From UHGV virus genome UHGV-0114819: DNA of 52,793 bases; one strand, written 5' to 3'. Each line of letters opens with the position of its first letter. Within the stretch, counting starts at the first letter, position 1. Under the pieces are notes generated by a model. That model ran no database searches. It worked only from the letters and a program-made list of their open reading frames with translations, and had not been told where the DNA came from. Position numbers and translations under genes: made by a program. Positions 27,053 to 35,063 of this stretch are shown piece after piece. The DNA is from a virus.

Positions 27053-27904
27053 TTACTCACCTTTCTTATTCTTGAAGATAAGGTCTGGCATTACAGATTT
27101 GGTTCCGTAATGATAGAAGAGTTCGATGCCATATGCTTCTGAAAGAGGAATCTTCTCAGCACTGTATGGTGTGGATTTAACAGGCTGTGCGATTGCTCCA
27201 TCCACCATCACGATCACGTCAACGTCTGTCGGCATGTGCACGCATGAGAATGTTTTTACGCCATGATAAGCGTAGAACTCTTCGTCAGCTACGCCAACGC
27301 CCGGCACTGTAACTTTGTCCAGATATGTGCGGATTTTTCCATAGAATTTCGGTGTACAGATCATGTTCATCATAGAACGAGGTACTCCGTCCACATATTC
27401 ATTCTTAGTGGTTTCGCACTGCTGAATCATGGTTTCAGCCTGTTCCTCAATAGCTGTAATACCTGTCAGATCAACTTCTGTCGCATCTGTTCCGGCAACT
27501 TTGAAGAACTCAGTGTCGAGTTCTGCGATCATTCTAAGTGCATGGTTCGCTGTTCTTTTTGCGATAAGTCCCTCTACTCCGAGAAGAGATACGTCTTTCT
27601 GTTCAACCTCTTCTACGATTTCCTTATCAACGTTAATCGAAATCGTAACCGGCTTTCCTTTTACTCCATCACCTTTAGCTGCACCTCTGGCTGTTCCGTA
27701 ATTCTTAGATGTCGCATTTGCGAATCTTTTTGCTTCTACGGTTCCGGCTGACGGATCACCGGAAAGTTCGGTATTCTTCATTTTTCCAGAAATAGTGTTC
27801 TTCTGGACGTTTTCAATGACCTTTCCGTACTCTTCTGCAAGAAGCATTTTTCCGGTTGGGTCAAGTAACATGTTCAATGATGTAATTCTTGTTGTTTCTG
27901 CCAT
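27053..27904 (-). CDS. major capsid protein
   Basis: 283 aa after scaffold; LSGDPSAGTVEAKRF...ELFYHYGTKSVMPDLI. Confidence 0.8.
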   Translation of the reverse strand: MAETTRITSLNMLLDPTGKMLLAEEYGKVIENVQKNTISGKMKNTELSGDPSAGTVEAKRFANATSKNYGTARGAAKGDGVKGKPVTISINVDKEIVEEVEQKDVSLLGVEGLIAKRTANHALRMIAELDTEFFKVAGTDATEVDLTGITAIEEQAETMIQQCETTKNEYVDGVPRSMMNMICTPKFYGKIRTYLDKVTVPGVGVADEEFYAYHGVKTFSCVHMPTDVDVIVMVDGAIAQPVKSTPYSAEKIPLSEAYGIELFYHYGTKSVMPDLIFKNKKGE

Positions 27905-27912
27905 TTTTGTTC

Positions 27913-27958
27913 TCCTTTAATTCTTTAAGGTCAACGACTATCCTCTATCGATAGCCGG
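27913..27958 (-). promoter_or_regulatory. two-hairpin RNA motif, copy upstream of major capsid gene
   Basis: CCGGCTATCGATAGAGGATAGTCGTTGACCTTAAAGAATTAAAGGA. Confidence 0.7.
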
Positions 27959-27972
27959 TTCACAGTATGGTT

Positions 27973-28581
27973 TTACCAAACAGTTCCAGGAACAAACGGC
28001 TCTGCTTTCTGTTCACTTACACCTTTTTCCGTAGGTGTTGTGAATACCGGTGGTGTCTTACCATCCGTCACGAAAGCATCTTTCTGAGATTCTTTCAGCT
28101 CTTTCATGTAATCATCAAGACCGAGAATCTTTTCACCCTCACGTTTCAGGCCCTTGTCTTTAATCATGTTGATGATTCCTGTTTTTGCAAAATCAGAACT
28201 GAATTTCTCGCCCGCAAGAGCCTTTGTCAGAACATCGTTGAAGTCTCTTTCTTCAATCTTCTGGTTGTACTCTTTTTCACTGGCATCAAGCTTGTCTTTC
28301 CATTCTTTTTCTGCGTTCTCGGCTTTCGTCTTCCACTCATCACGTTCTCTTGTGATCGCATCGAAGTCTTTTCCCTCGAACCCGTCCAAAGTCTCTTTCG
28401 CTGTTTCATACTGCGTTTTAAAGTTGTCACGTTCCTGTGTCAGAGTTTCTACTTTTCGTGTCTGCTTTTCATAGTCAGATACGCTTTTGTAATTCTCTTT
28501 CACTGCATCTTCGATTGTCTTTTTCTGCTCATCTGTAATTTCAAGACCAGAATCTTTGATAATCTGAATAATATTTTTCAT
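27973..28581 (-). CDS. capsid scaffolding protein (Phage_GP20-like)
   Basis: coiled-coil, ILGLDDYMKELKE..DAF; GAGGAGG RBS. Confidence 0.8.
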   Translation of the reverse strand: MKNIIQIIKDSGLEITDEQKKTIEDAVKENYKSVSDYEKQTRKVETLTQERDNFKTQYETAKETLDGFEGKDFDAITRERDEWKTKAENAEKEWKDKLDASEKEYNQKIEERDFNDVLTKALAGEKFSSDFAKTGIINMIKDKGLKREGEKILGLDDYMKELKESQKDAFVTDGKTPPVFTTPTEKGVSEQKAEPFVPGTVW

Positions 28582-28663
28582 GTTGCATATCCTCCTCAAC
28601 GTCATTTATTAACCGCTTCGTCTGCGGTAGGGATTCAGACAGATGAACCTCTGCCGGGGTAAT

Positions 28664-28752
28664 CGGGTTCTGCGGATTCGAACCACATGTCTCAGATGCT
28701 ATTATGTAACGAAAGAGGAAACATCTGCGTTCTACCATTGAACTATATCCCG
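28664..28752 (-). ncRNA. tRNA-like RNA with expanded 23-nt 'anticodon' loop
   Basis: D arm GTTC-AATGGTA-GAAC, T arm TGTGG-TTCGAAT-CCGCA, stem CAGATG/CATCTG; acceptor stem imperfect. Confidence 0.6.
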
Positions 28753-28754
28753 TT

Positions 28755-29085
28755 AGTGGTTGGTGCAAGTGTTCCCTCTATACAGTTCCAACCACTGTTA
28801 CGGCTATTTGACGGTCAATCTGCATATTGTTCCGTAACTAACTCTATACAGAAAAAGGATAGCCGGACATGAATCCATGCACCATACTGTGCACTATCCT
28901 TTGCGGAATGAAAATTTATCATATTATATCTTTAGGAGGTAACATAAGATGACGGTTCCCCAAGTCCGCAACCTTAGGGGAAAGCCTAACGGGCGTTTGA
29001 CCGCCCTTTAATCAGCATTCCGCTATTAGGCTTTATTGAAAGGAGGTGTATCAAGCAAGAAAGGAAAATGTCCTATGTGATTCAC
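28755..29085 (-). ncRNA. cluster of structured ncRNA elements with anti-SD linkers
   Basis: three-way junctions at 28854-28902 and 28981-29034; hairpins at 28755-28796, 28797-28838, 28957-28981; CCTCCT linkers. Confidence 0.55.
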
Positions 29086-29132
29086 CGTATATATCGTAAC
29101 ATTAATATATATAGTACTCCGTACCCATGTTT

Positions 29133-29555
29133 TTACATTTCCGCAAGCTTCTTAATTTGCCTTTGAATCTCTTTCCGTTCTTCCGCAAAATCCGAATCCA
29201 TCATCATAGAGGAAAGCATGTCGTACACTTCTACCATAAGTTTCCCGACACTTTCCATCAGTTTGTCTCTGTGTGCTTGATCTCCGTTCTGTTGATACAT
29301 CTCTTTCGCCATAATGTACTGGTCATATAGTGCATCAATGTTTTTGTCGTACTTTCCGTTACTGTACTTCTTGATAAGGTTTTCCGATGCATCCGCAATC
29401 ATCCCCGGTACGCTTTCGCATTCCAAAGATTTCATATTACACAATGTAGATGTAATCATGTACATTGCCTGTAAGTTAGACATATTTAAGTCTTTCTTTG
29501 CAGATGCTTTCTCACGTTCAAGCTGTTCTTCCAAAATCTTTTTGATCTCGCTCAT
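29133..29555 (-). CDS. hypothetical helical protein, last gene of accessory cluster
   Basis: GAGGTG RBS; 140 aa. Confidence 0.7.
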   Translation of the reverse strand: MSEIKKILEEQLEREKASAKKDLNMSNLQAMYMITSTLCNMKSLECESVPGMIADASENLIKKYSNGKYDKNIDALYDQYIMAKEMYQQNGDQAHRDKLMESVGKLMVEVYDMLSSMMMDSDFAEERKEIQRQIKKLAEM

Positions 29556-29558
29556 TTA

Positions 29559-30149
29559 TTACACCTCGATTCCTTTCATTTTCTTTTTGTATTTGTCGTG
29601 AATCTCCGACTGAATTTCTGTGATGTATACCATGTCGTATCCGGTAGATATGAGGTCGTTAATCATACATTCTACGGTTTTTAATTCTTCGCTTACATCC
29701 TCTACCAAACATTCCACGAACATAGCATCAGCCACATGACCGTTTTCTCTTAGCGTGTGTGCGTACTGTTCGTACACTTCCTTTGTTTCGGATTCCCAAT
29801 TGTGGTACTCAACAAATCCATCTTCTACGGCTTTCTGCTTTGTGCTTTTCCCGATGCTTAACCGTTTGGCCGTTCGCCACGAATCCGGGATAACATTCAC
29901 TTTTCCCTCAAATGCATCATCAATAAGCTGATTGTGATGGCTTATAAAATATCGGCACACTTTCCTACGTTCCAAGCTTTCCGCAATGTGCTGGTACTCA
30001 TGCATCCGCTTAAAGCCTTTTAAGCCAAGGAAATCGAAGTAGTCCGCAAACTGTCCGTGCATCATGACCGCTCCGATAAGCCGTTCATTAATTCCGGCAA
30101 AGATTTCTTTCGGAGTTTTAACATCTAGGTTGCTTTTAAAATCAATCAT
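29559..30149 (-). CDS. ferritin-like four-helix-bundle protein
   Basis: MMHGQFADYFDFLGLKGFKRMHEYQHIAES...WESETKEVYE...LVEDVSEEL. Confidence 0.6.
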   Translation of the reverse strand: MIDFKSNLDVKTPKEIFAGINERLIGAVMMHGQFADYFDFLGLKGFKRMHEYQHIAESLERRKVCRYFISHHNQLIDDAFEGKVNVIPDSWRTAKRLSIGKSTKQKAVEDGFVEYHNWESETKEVYEQYAHTLRENGHVADAMFVECLVEDVSEELKTVECMINDLISTGYDMVYITEIQSEIHDKYKKKMKGIEV

Positions 30150-30166
30150 AGAAACTCACCCCTTTT

Positions 30167-30595
30167 CTATGAAAGCTTTTTGATGATGATATTCGCATCC
30201 TTAACCAATGTGTCAACTGTGCCAACGTTGCCAACCGATATAGTGGCACTACTTCCAGCCGGAACTGCAATCAATGTAGCTGCACCGACATTCTGATACA
30301 CATTTGCCGTTGCTACTGTATAGTCCATTTCCGTACCAGAAACCGGTTCCCCGTTCTGTTTGATAGATAACGCTACCGCTCCTATTGCAGATGCCGTAAC
30401 GTTTCCGTTAAACTCAACTTCGACCGCCATTGGCAGATTTCCACGGTTTGTGATTTCAAAAAGTCCACTGCCGTTGTCATGTGCAAGCCACCCTGTGTTA
30501 CAAGCACATCTACGGCTTTTCACTCTTGTTTCTGTAAATAATACATTCTGATTTGTTGCTACTGTCTGAGCATTTTTAGCAATAGAATTTAACAT
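30167..30595 (-). CDS. beta-sandwich protein (BclA C-terminal/TNF-like, tentative)
   Basis: beta-strand pattern, HDNGSGLFEI...VEVEFNGNV...ANIIIKKL. Confidence 0.5.
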   Translation of the reverse strand: MLNSIAKNAQTVATNQNVLFTETRVKSRRCACNTGWLAHDNGSGLFEITNRGNLPMAVEVEFNGNVTASAIGAVALSIKQNGEPVSGTEMDYTVATANVYQNVGAATLIAVPAGSSATISVGNVGTVDTLVKDANIIIKKLS

Positions 30596-30658
30596 ATTTT
30601 TTCTCCTTTCTTAAAAAAGAGAGTAAGCGCATGCCTACTCTCTTTGATGTTCGCAAGA

Positions 30659-30865
30659 CTACTTTTTCGTAGATATGGATTCTTCCAACATGCTTATGAT
30701 TTTGTTTTGGTTTTCAATTATTTTTAAAAAGTACTTACTGTCTTGCTCGTGCAAGTGTTTTTCAATGTCAGAATTACTCGCCTGTGATAAATCACTGTTA
30801 AAATTAGCCATCTGCAAAGCAACCCCGTACACTGTTAGAAAGTCAAGTAGTGATATGTCATTCAC
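30659..30865 (-). CDS. small hypothetical protein
   Basis: LDFLTVYGVALQMANF...QDSKYFLKIIENQ. Confidence 0.6.
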   Translation of the reverse strand: MNDISLLDFLTVYGVALQMANFNSDLSQASNSDIEKHLHEQDSKYFLKIIENQNKIISMLEESISTKK

Positions 30866-31534
30866 TTACATCACGTTCCCACTTGCACAGCAACCATTAC
30901 CAAATGCGTTATACGCAAAGTATGGACTGCAAGACATATAAGCCGGTTTTGGTGTCGGTCTCACTGCATCAATAATGTTATTGGTCTGTGATACCTGTGA
31001 GATCTGCCAGTATGCTGTCTGCAAATCTCTGTCACGATCAGCAAGCTTATCTCTCAAGTTCTGAATCGTGTTATCCTGGATTAACTGGCGTGTAGCCTGT
31101 CCATCTGCCAAGATGCTTTCCTTAATGTCACAGCAGCATTGCGCCATCTGTGCCTGCATATTCTGTGCCTGTAATGCCGCATCATATCTACTCTGTAAGA
31201 TCTCTTTCTGTGTGTTGCAGCAACACTGAGCCTGCTGAGCCTGTAAGTTCTGCAAGCCAAGCTGTGTGGTATAGCGGTTCTCTAATACGTCTCTCTGTGT
31301 CTCGCAAGCTGTGTTAGACACATTCTGGTTTGTGTTAAAGATATCTCTTTTCACGAATTCGTCAGAGATAAAAGCGTTCTGTGCTCCATTGTTGTTTCCC
31401 CATCCGTTGCCATAAAACAGGAAAGCAAGAATAATGATCCAGAACCATCCACCGTCACCCCACATGTTTCCATCGTTGTTTCTTGTGACTGCTGCTACAT
31501 CGGCAGCACTAAGTGTGTTTAATCCCTCGTTCAT
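30866..31534 (-). CDS. conserved gut-phage protein with GGWFWIII TM segment, coiled coil and CCC motifs
   Basis: LSAADVAAV...GDGGWFWIIILAFLF...QCCC...QCCC. Confidence 0.75.
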   Translation of the reverse strand: MNEGLNTLSAADVAAVTRNNDGNMWGDGGWFWIIILAFLFYGNGWGNNNGAQNAFISDEFVKRDIFNTNQNVSNTACETQRDVLENRYTTQLGLQNLQAQQAQCCCNTQKEILQSRYDAALQAQNMQAQMAQCCCDIKESILADGQATRQLIQDNTIQNLRDKLADRDRDLQTAYWQISQVSQTNNIIDAVRPTPKPAYMSCSPYFAYNAFGNGCCASGNVM

Positions 31535-31586
31535 GTTGGTTCTCCTTTTCTTTTATTTATCAAGACGTGTGCACTCCGTCCGGATA

Positions 31587-31841
31587 TCATTTTATTTTAT
31601 TAATAATGTCGTTTGGATTCATGCCATTTTGCTGGCACATCTCCATAAATACATCTTTCGGGTTTCTTCCTTGGCACATATCCATAGCCTTTTTGATGTT
31701 CGGGTTGCTCTGCGCCATATTCTGCAGCATTGCTCCTGGATTCTGTGAATTTTGCATCATCCCCATCATTCTTTGAATCATTCCGAATGGACCGTTGCCA
31801 CCCGGCATACCGCCCATCATTCCCATTAACGGATTACTCAT
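31587..31841 (-). CDS. Met/Gln/Asn-rich small protein (STI1-like NP/M repeats)
   Basis: MSNPLMGMMG...NPGAMLQNMAQSNP...NPKDVFMEMC. Confidence 0.7.
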   Translation of the reverse strand: MSNPLMGMMGGMPGGNGPFGMIQRMMGMMQNSQNPGAMLQNMAQSNPNIKKAMDMCQGRNPKDVFMEMCQQNGMNPNDIINKIK

Positions 31842-32265
31842 GCGTCAGCTCCCCTTTCTGTTCTTCCGGCTGAGGTTTTAATGTATCCAGTAATTTGTTG
31901 AATTCTTCTCTTGTCACGTACTTAGCGTCCATGTTTTCCACTACAGGTTGTGGATTGTTCGCCTGTACCTCATGAAATTCAAAAGCTTTAAACGTAACAC
32001 TTCCCACACCGTCAACAGATTTAACATAAAAGTATGGCGCATTGTTATCCATCATCCAAGCCGTAGTTCCCGGCTGTACAATCTGATTTCTTGCCCCGTC
32101 AATTCCGGTTACCTGTATCCAGTTCACATTCGGCTGTGGCTGTGTCTTGTATTGCTGTTGAGCCTGTGATAAGTTGTCTATCCGTTGTCGTAATGCCATC
32201 TGATCTTGCATATAAGCATCCTGTGGCATGTACGGTGTATATGACATATATGGATTCATACTCAT
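31834..32265 (-). CDS. Gln/Pro-rich hypothetical protein, first gene of accessory cluster
   Basis: WIQVTGIDGA...FYVKSVDGVG...YVTREEF. Confidence 0.75.
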   Translation of the reverse strand: MSMNPYMSYTPYMPQDAYMQDQMALRQRIDNLSQAQQQYKTQPQPNVNWIQVTGIDGARNQIVQPGTTAWMMDNNAPYFYVKSVDGVGSVTFKAFEFHEVQANNPQPVVENMDAKYVTREEFNKLLDTLKPQPEEQKGELTHE

Positions 32266-32364
32266 ACCTCCTGTAAATTAGTATTTGTTGTTCTCTATGC
32301 TTTCATTTTACGCATAAAAAAGAGACCTTAACAGTTCGTTAAAGTCTCTAAAAAGTATCACTTA

Positions 32365-32766
32365 TTATTTTTCGTTCTTTCCAAGAACATTTCTTTCAAT
32401 GCGATCTTCTGTTCTACGATTCATCCACATAAGAGCTTCCTCAATATGAGTAAGTGCACAAGCATTTTCTCTTGACGAAAACGGTCCTGCCTGAAAAGCC
32501 TTTAAGCGATCGCGGACAATTTCCAGTAAATCTGTGTCGATTACACCGTAAAGCGAATCTTTTTCTTTTCGTGGTCCGCACTGCATCTGCAATGTAAGAA
32601 GCAGATTCTCTGGTTCCGCTCTTAACGATGTGTCATCATCTTCAAGCGTTGCTGTTCCAGCCTTGTACACACAATATAAGTGGTTAGCACCACCTGGACC
32701 GATTTCATCTACGGCAAATACATCATTTAATTTTTTTCTTTTCTGGATTGTTGATAATTTTTTCAT
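32365..32766 (-). CDS. tad1: Tad1 (Thoeris anti-defence 1) cyclic-nucleotide sponge
   Basis: [12 protein letters not shown]...GPGGA.H.Y...[55 protein letters not shown] closely matches recalled clostridial Tad1 sequence. Confidence 0.9.
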   Translation of the reverse strand: MKKLSTIQKRKKLNDVFAVDEIGPGGANHLYCVYKAGTATLEDDDTSLRAEPENLLLTLQMQCGPRKEKDSLYGVIDTDLLEIVRDRLKAFQAGPFSSRENACALTHIEEALMWMNRRTEDRIERNVLGKNEK

Positions 32767-32770
32767 GTTT

Positions 32771-33232
32771 TTATTCCTCCACTAACTCAAATCTATACTT
32801 CTGCTTGACATCCGGGTATTTCTTCCTGTCTACTTTGCCAACAAACATTCCGTAAGGTCTGCACCACACGCAACCAGAACATTCATAGACTACCTTAAAC
32901 TGCCCCGGCATTTCGCTATCCTGTGCAATATACAGGACTTTTACTGTCTTGCCATTGAAGTGCCTGTACACCTGTCCTGGTTCAACTTTTCTATTGCTCA
33001 CTGTCTGCGGTTCGTCATTGAAATACTTCTCACATTCTGCCAAATCACAGTTCTCTCTCATAAGTGGATGCTTTTCATCTAGCTTCTTAATCTCTGCTTT
33101 TTGCACGTTAATGTGTTGTCCTACAAGTGGAAATCCACAGCCGTAAAGCATTTTCGCCTTAATGTGGTGTGGTTCAAGTCTGCCTGTCGGGTCTATGAGG
33201 TATCCGCTTATTTTAAAAATCTTAGGTATCAT
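32771..33232 (-). CDS. protein with C-terminal DUF1653 domain
   Basis: GQVYRHFNG...VLYIAQDSE...VVYE...WCRPYGMF...[16 protein letters not shown]. Confidence 0.75.
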   Translation of the reverse strand: MIPKIFKISGYLIDPTGRLEPHHIKAKMLYGCGFPLVGQHINVQKAEIKKLDEKHPLMRENCDLAECEKYFNDEPQTVSNRKVEPGQVYRHFNGKTVKVLYIAQDSEMPGQFKVVYECSGCVWCRPYGMFVGKVDRKKYPDVKQKYRFELVEE

Positions 33233-33236
33233 ATAA

Positions 33237-33863
33237 TCACCTCTCCAATCTTATAATTGTGTGAAATTCTTTTTCAGATAAGGCACTTTCCGTCACGAGC
33301 CAAAGGCTATCGTCAGCAATATTCCTAGAAGCATATACTTTGAATAAAAGTCCAGAAACAATAACATTTTGGCATTTATTTGTCATTGACAAACCATCAA
33401 GGCTTTTTTCAGGGACAACAAACGACAGCATATATGTACTTTCTGCCCCGGTTAAGAGTTTTTGATAGTCCATGTGCTCAGAAATAATTGTTTCCCCGGT
33501 AGAATAAAATTTAATATTCCACCCGATACGGTTTTTGAGATCAATCATTGCATCTGCCGTCATGTTCGGCGTTTCATCGACTACCGTTTCCTCTGCCGGA
33601 TACATTTCCCAATCATCGGCAAGCATATCTTCTTGTGTTGGTGTCCAGTTCGGCTGAAAGCTTCCTTTTCTTGTGTAACTCATAATGCAGTCCGAAAAGT
33701 CTTCATCTTCTGGTGGAATTGGAAGAAACGTTTTTGCTGTTAAACCTTTGTTTCTTCCAATAAAAATAAACTGTCTTTTCCCATTAAAAAAGTTTTCTTT
33801 CCATACATTACGTGTAACTTTCTTTCCTTTTTTCATGCATTTTATGGCTTCTCCGAAGTTCAT
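33237..33863 (-). CDS. tad2: Tad2-like (DUF2829) domain fused to an unknown C-terminal domain
   Basis: MNFGEAIKCMKKGKKVTR..W...WTPTQEDMLADDWE then about 115 extra aa. Confidence 0.7.
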   Translation of the reverse strand: MNFGEAIKCMKKGKKVTRNVWKENFFNGKRQFIFIGRNKGLTAKTFLPIPPEDEDFSDCIMSYTRKGSFQPNWTPTQEDMLADDWEMYPAEETVVDETPNMTADAMIDLKNRIGWNIKFYSTGETIISEHMDYQKLLTGAESTYMLSFVVPEKSLDGLSMTNKCQNVIVSGLLFKVYASRNIADDSLWLVTESALSEKEFHTIIRLER

Positions 33864-33889
33864 ATCTTTATCCCCTTTCAATCATATAA

Positions 33890-34228
33890 TCATCCATTTG
33901 CACCTGTTATTTTGTTGTGCTCTTCTTCAGATATCGGTTTTGCTCCAACTAAGCAAAATGTATTAGTTTCAGTTCTTGGTCCGTAATATGCTTGGAAATC
34001 TATTTTTTCTGTATGGACATCCGAAAAATCCTCAAAAGGTTTTACAAATTCAGCAGTTTCAAAAACAGGAATATACTCTATATGTCCATACTTATATTTC
34101 TTTCTTCCTTTTTCGTCAATAATCCAACCAGCGTTAAAACTTATTTCACCGAACCCAAGTACGCCCGATACTTCTTGACCGGTTGCTTCGATGTGCGCTT
34201 TACAAGGTTTTACATCTTCAAGCCACAT
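33890..34228 (-). CDS. hypothetical protein in anti-defence cluster
   Basis: 112-aa in-operon ORF. Confidence 0.6.
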   Translation of the reverse strand: MWLEDVKPCKAHIEATGQEVSGVLGFGEISFNAGWIIDEKGRKKYKYGHIEYIPVFETAEFVKPFEDFSDVHTEKIDFQAYYGPRTETNTFCLVGAKPISEEEHNKITGANG

Positions 34229-34230
34229 AC

Positions 34231-34431
34231 CTATACCACCCTTTCAATCTTATCATTCACTCTTCTACTCAATCTCTTGACTGTAGACACACTCACATTC
34301 ATTTCTTCCGCACAGTCTTCTAAAGGCATAGCTTTAGCACGGAGCCGGAACAGTTTTAATTCATCCGATGTGAAGTTGCATTCTAATTCAAAATAGTCAA
34401 GTTCTGGTCGTGTAAAAGAGTATATTTTCAT
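34231..34431 (-). CDS. LuxR/GerE/sigma-region-4-like HTH protein
   Basis: FTSDELKLFRLRAKAMPLEDCAEEMNVSVSTVKRL. Confidence 0.75.
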   Translation of the reverse strand: MKIYSFTRPELDYFELECNFTSDELKLFRLRAKAMPLEDCAEEMNVSVSTVKRLSRRVNDKIERVV

Positions 34432-34787
34432 AATTCCTTTGGTTTCTTGTCCGTCATAGCATTTACAAGCTCTTCCCGAGTTTTTTTTAAACCCTCAATG
34501 TTATTTCCTGTGATTTTGTTTTCGATCAAATTAAACATACTTCTCATTAATAGATTCATATCATCCCTCGTATTCCTTATGTTCTTATAATCGTTATCAA
34601 GTTTCTGATTAATCCCTGTGATAGATGTTTCAATGTTCGTTATTCGCTTTTCAATCTGTTCTATACGGTTGTCCTGTTTTTTCTTTGGTGCTTTCCATGA
34701 TTTGTACCACCCGGAAAGCACCGCAACAGCACCGCCGACAACAGATATAGCACCGCATATAGCAAGTATCTGTGTTATTAGTTCCAT
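34428..34787 (-). CDS. N-terminal TM + coiled-coil protein (holin-accessory-like)
   Basis: ILAICGAISVVGGAVAVL then heptad repeats. Confidence 0.6.
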   Translation of the reverse strand: MELITQILAICGAISVVGGAVAVLSGWYKSWKAPKKKQDNRIEQIEKRITNIETSITGINQKLDNDYKNIRNTRDDMNLLMRSMFNLIENKITGNNIEGLKKTREELVNAMTDKKPKEL

Positions 34788-34790
34788 GTG

Positions 34791-35063
34791 TTACGCTCCA
34801 TAATTCAATCCGATTCCGGCTTGTCTGTATATCTCTTTTCGCATTCTCTCTTTCAGTTCCTCTACATCAATAGTGACTGTCGTGTTTTCTGCAACCTTTA
34901 CATTTCTGTAATCATGAGCTTTTAATACAGGTGATGCCATATCTTCAATAATCGGCGAGGTAAAAGGTGTAAGATACGCTTCTTTCTCCAACCGCTTATT
35001 CTTGCACTTGTCCTTAAACGGACAAGCTCTGCACATTTTTGCCATTCTTGTCAATCCACTCAT
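34791..35063 (-). CDS. hypothetical Cys-containing protein
   Basis: CRACPFKDKC; 90 aa. Confidence 0.6.
   Translation of the reverse strand: MSGLTRMAKMCRACPFKDKCKNKRLEKEAYLTPFTSPIIEDMASPVLKAHDYRNVKVAENTTVTIDVEELKERMRKEIYRQAGIGLNYGA

Noticed and set aside
14411..28662. Numerous plus-strand ORFs (60-231 aa) opposite structural genes
   Set aside because: Antisense shadows of codon-biased minus-strand genes; no RBS or recognisable motifs.
28664..28752. Functional tRNA gene
   Set aside because: 23-nt loop with no definable anticodon, two mismatches in the acceptor stem and no CCA.
28541..28872. ORFs 28541-28768(-) and 28687-28872(+)
   Set aside because: They overlap structured RNA elements and the scaffold start, lack RBSs and look non-coding.
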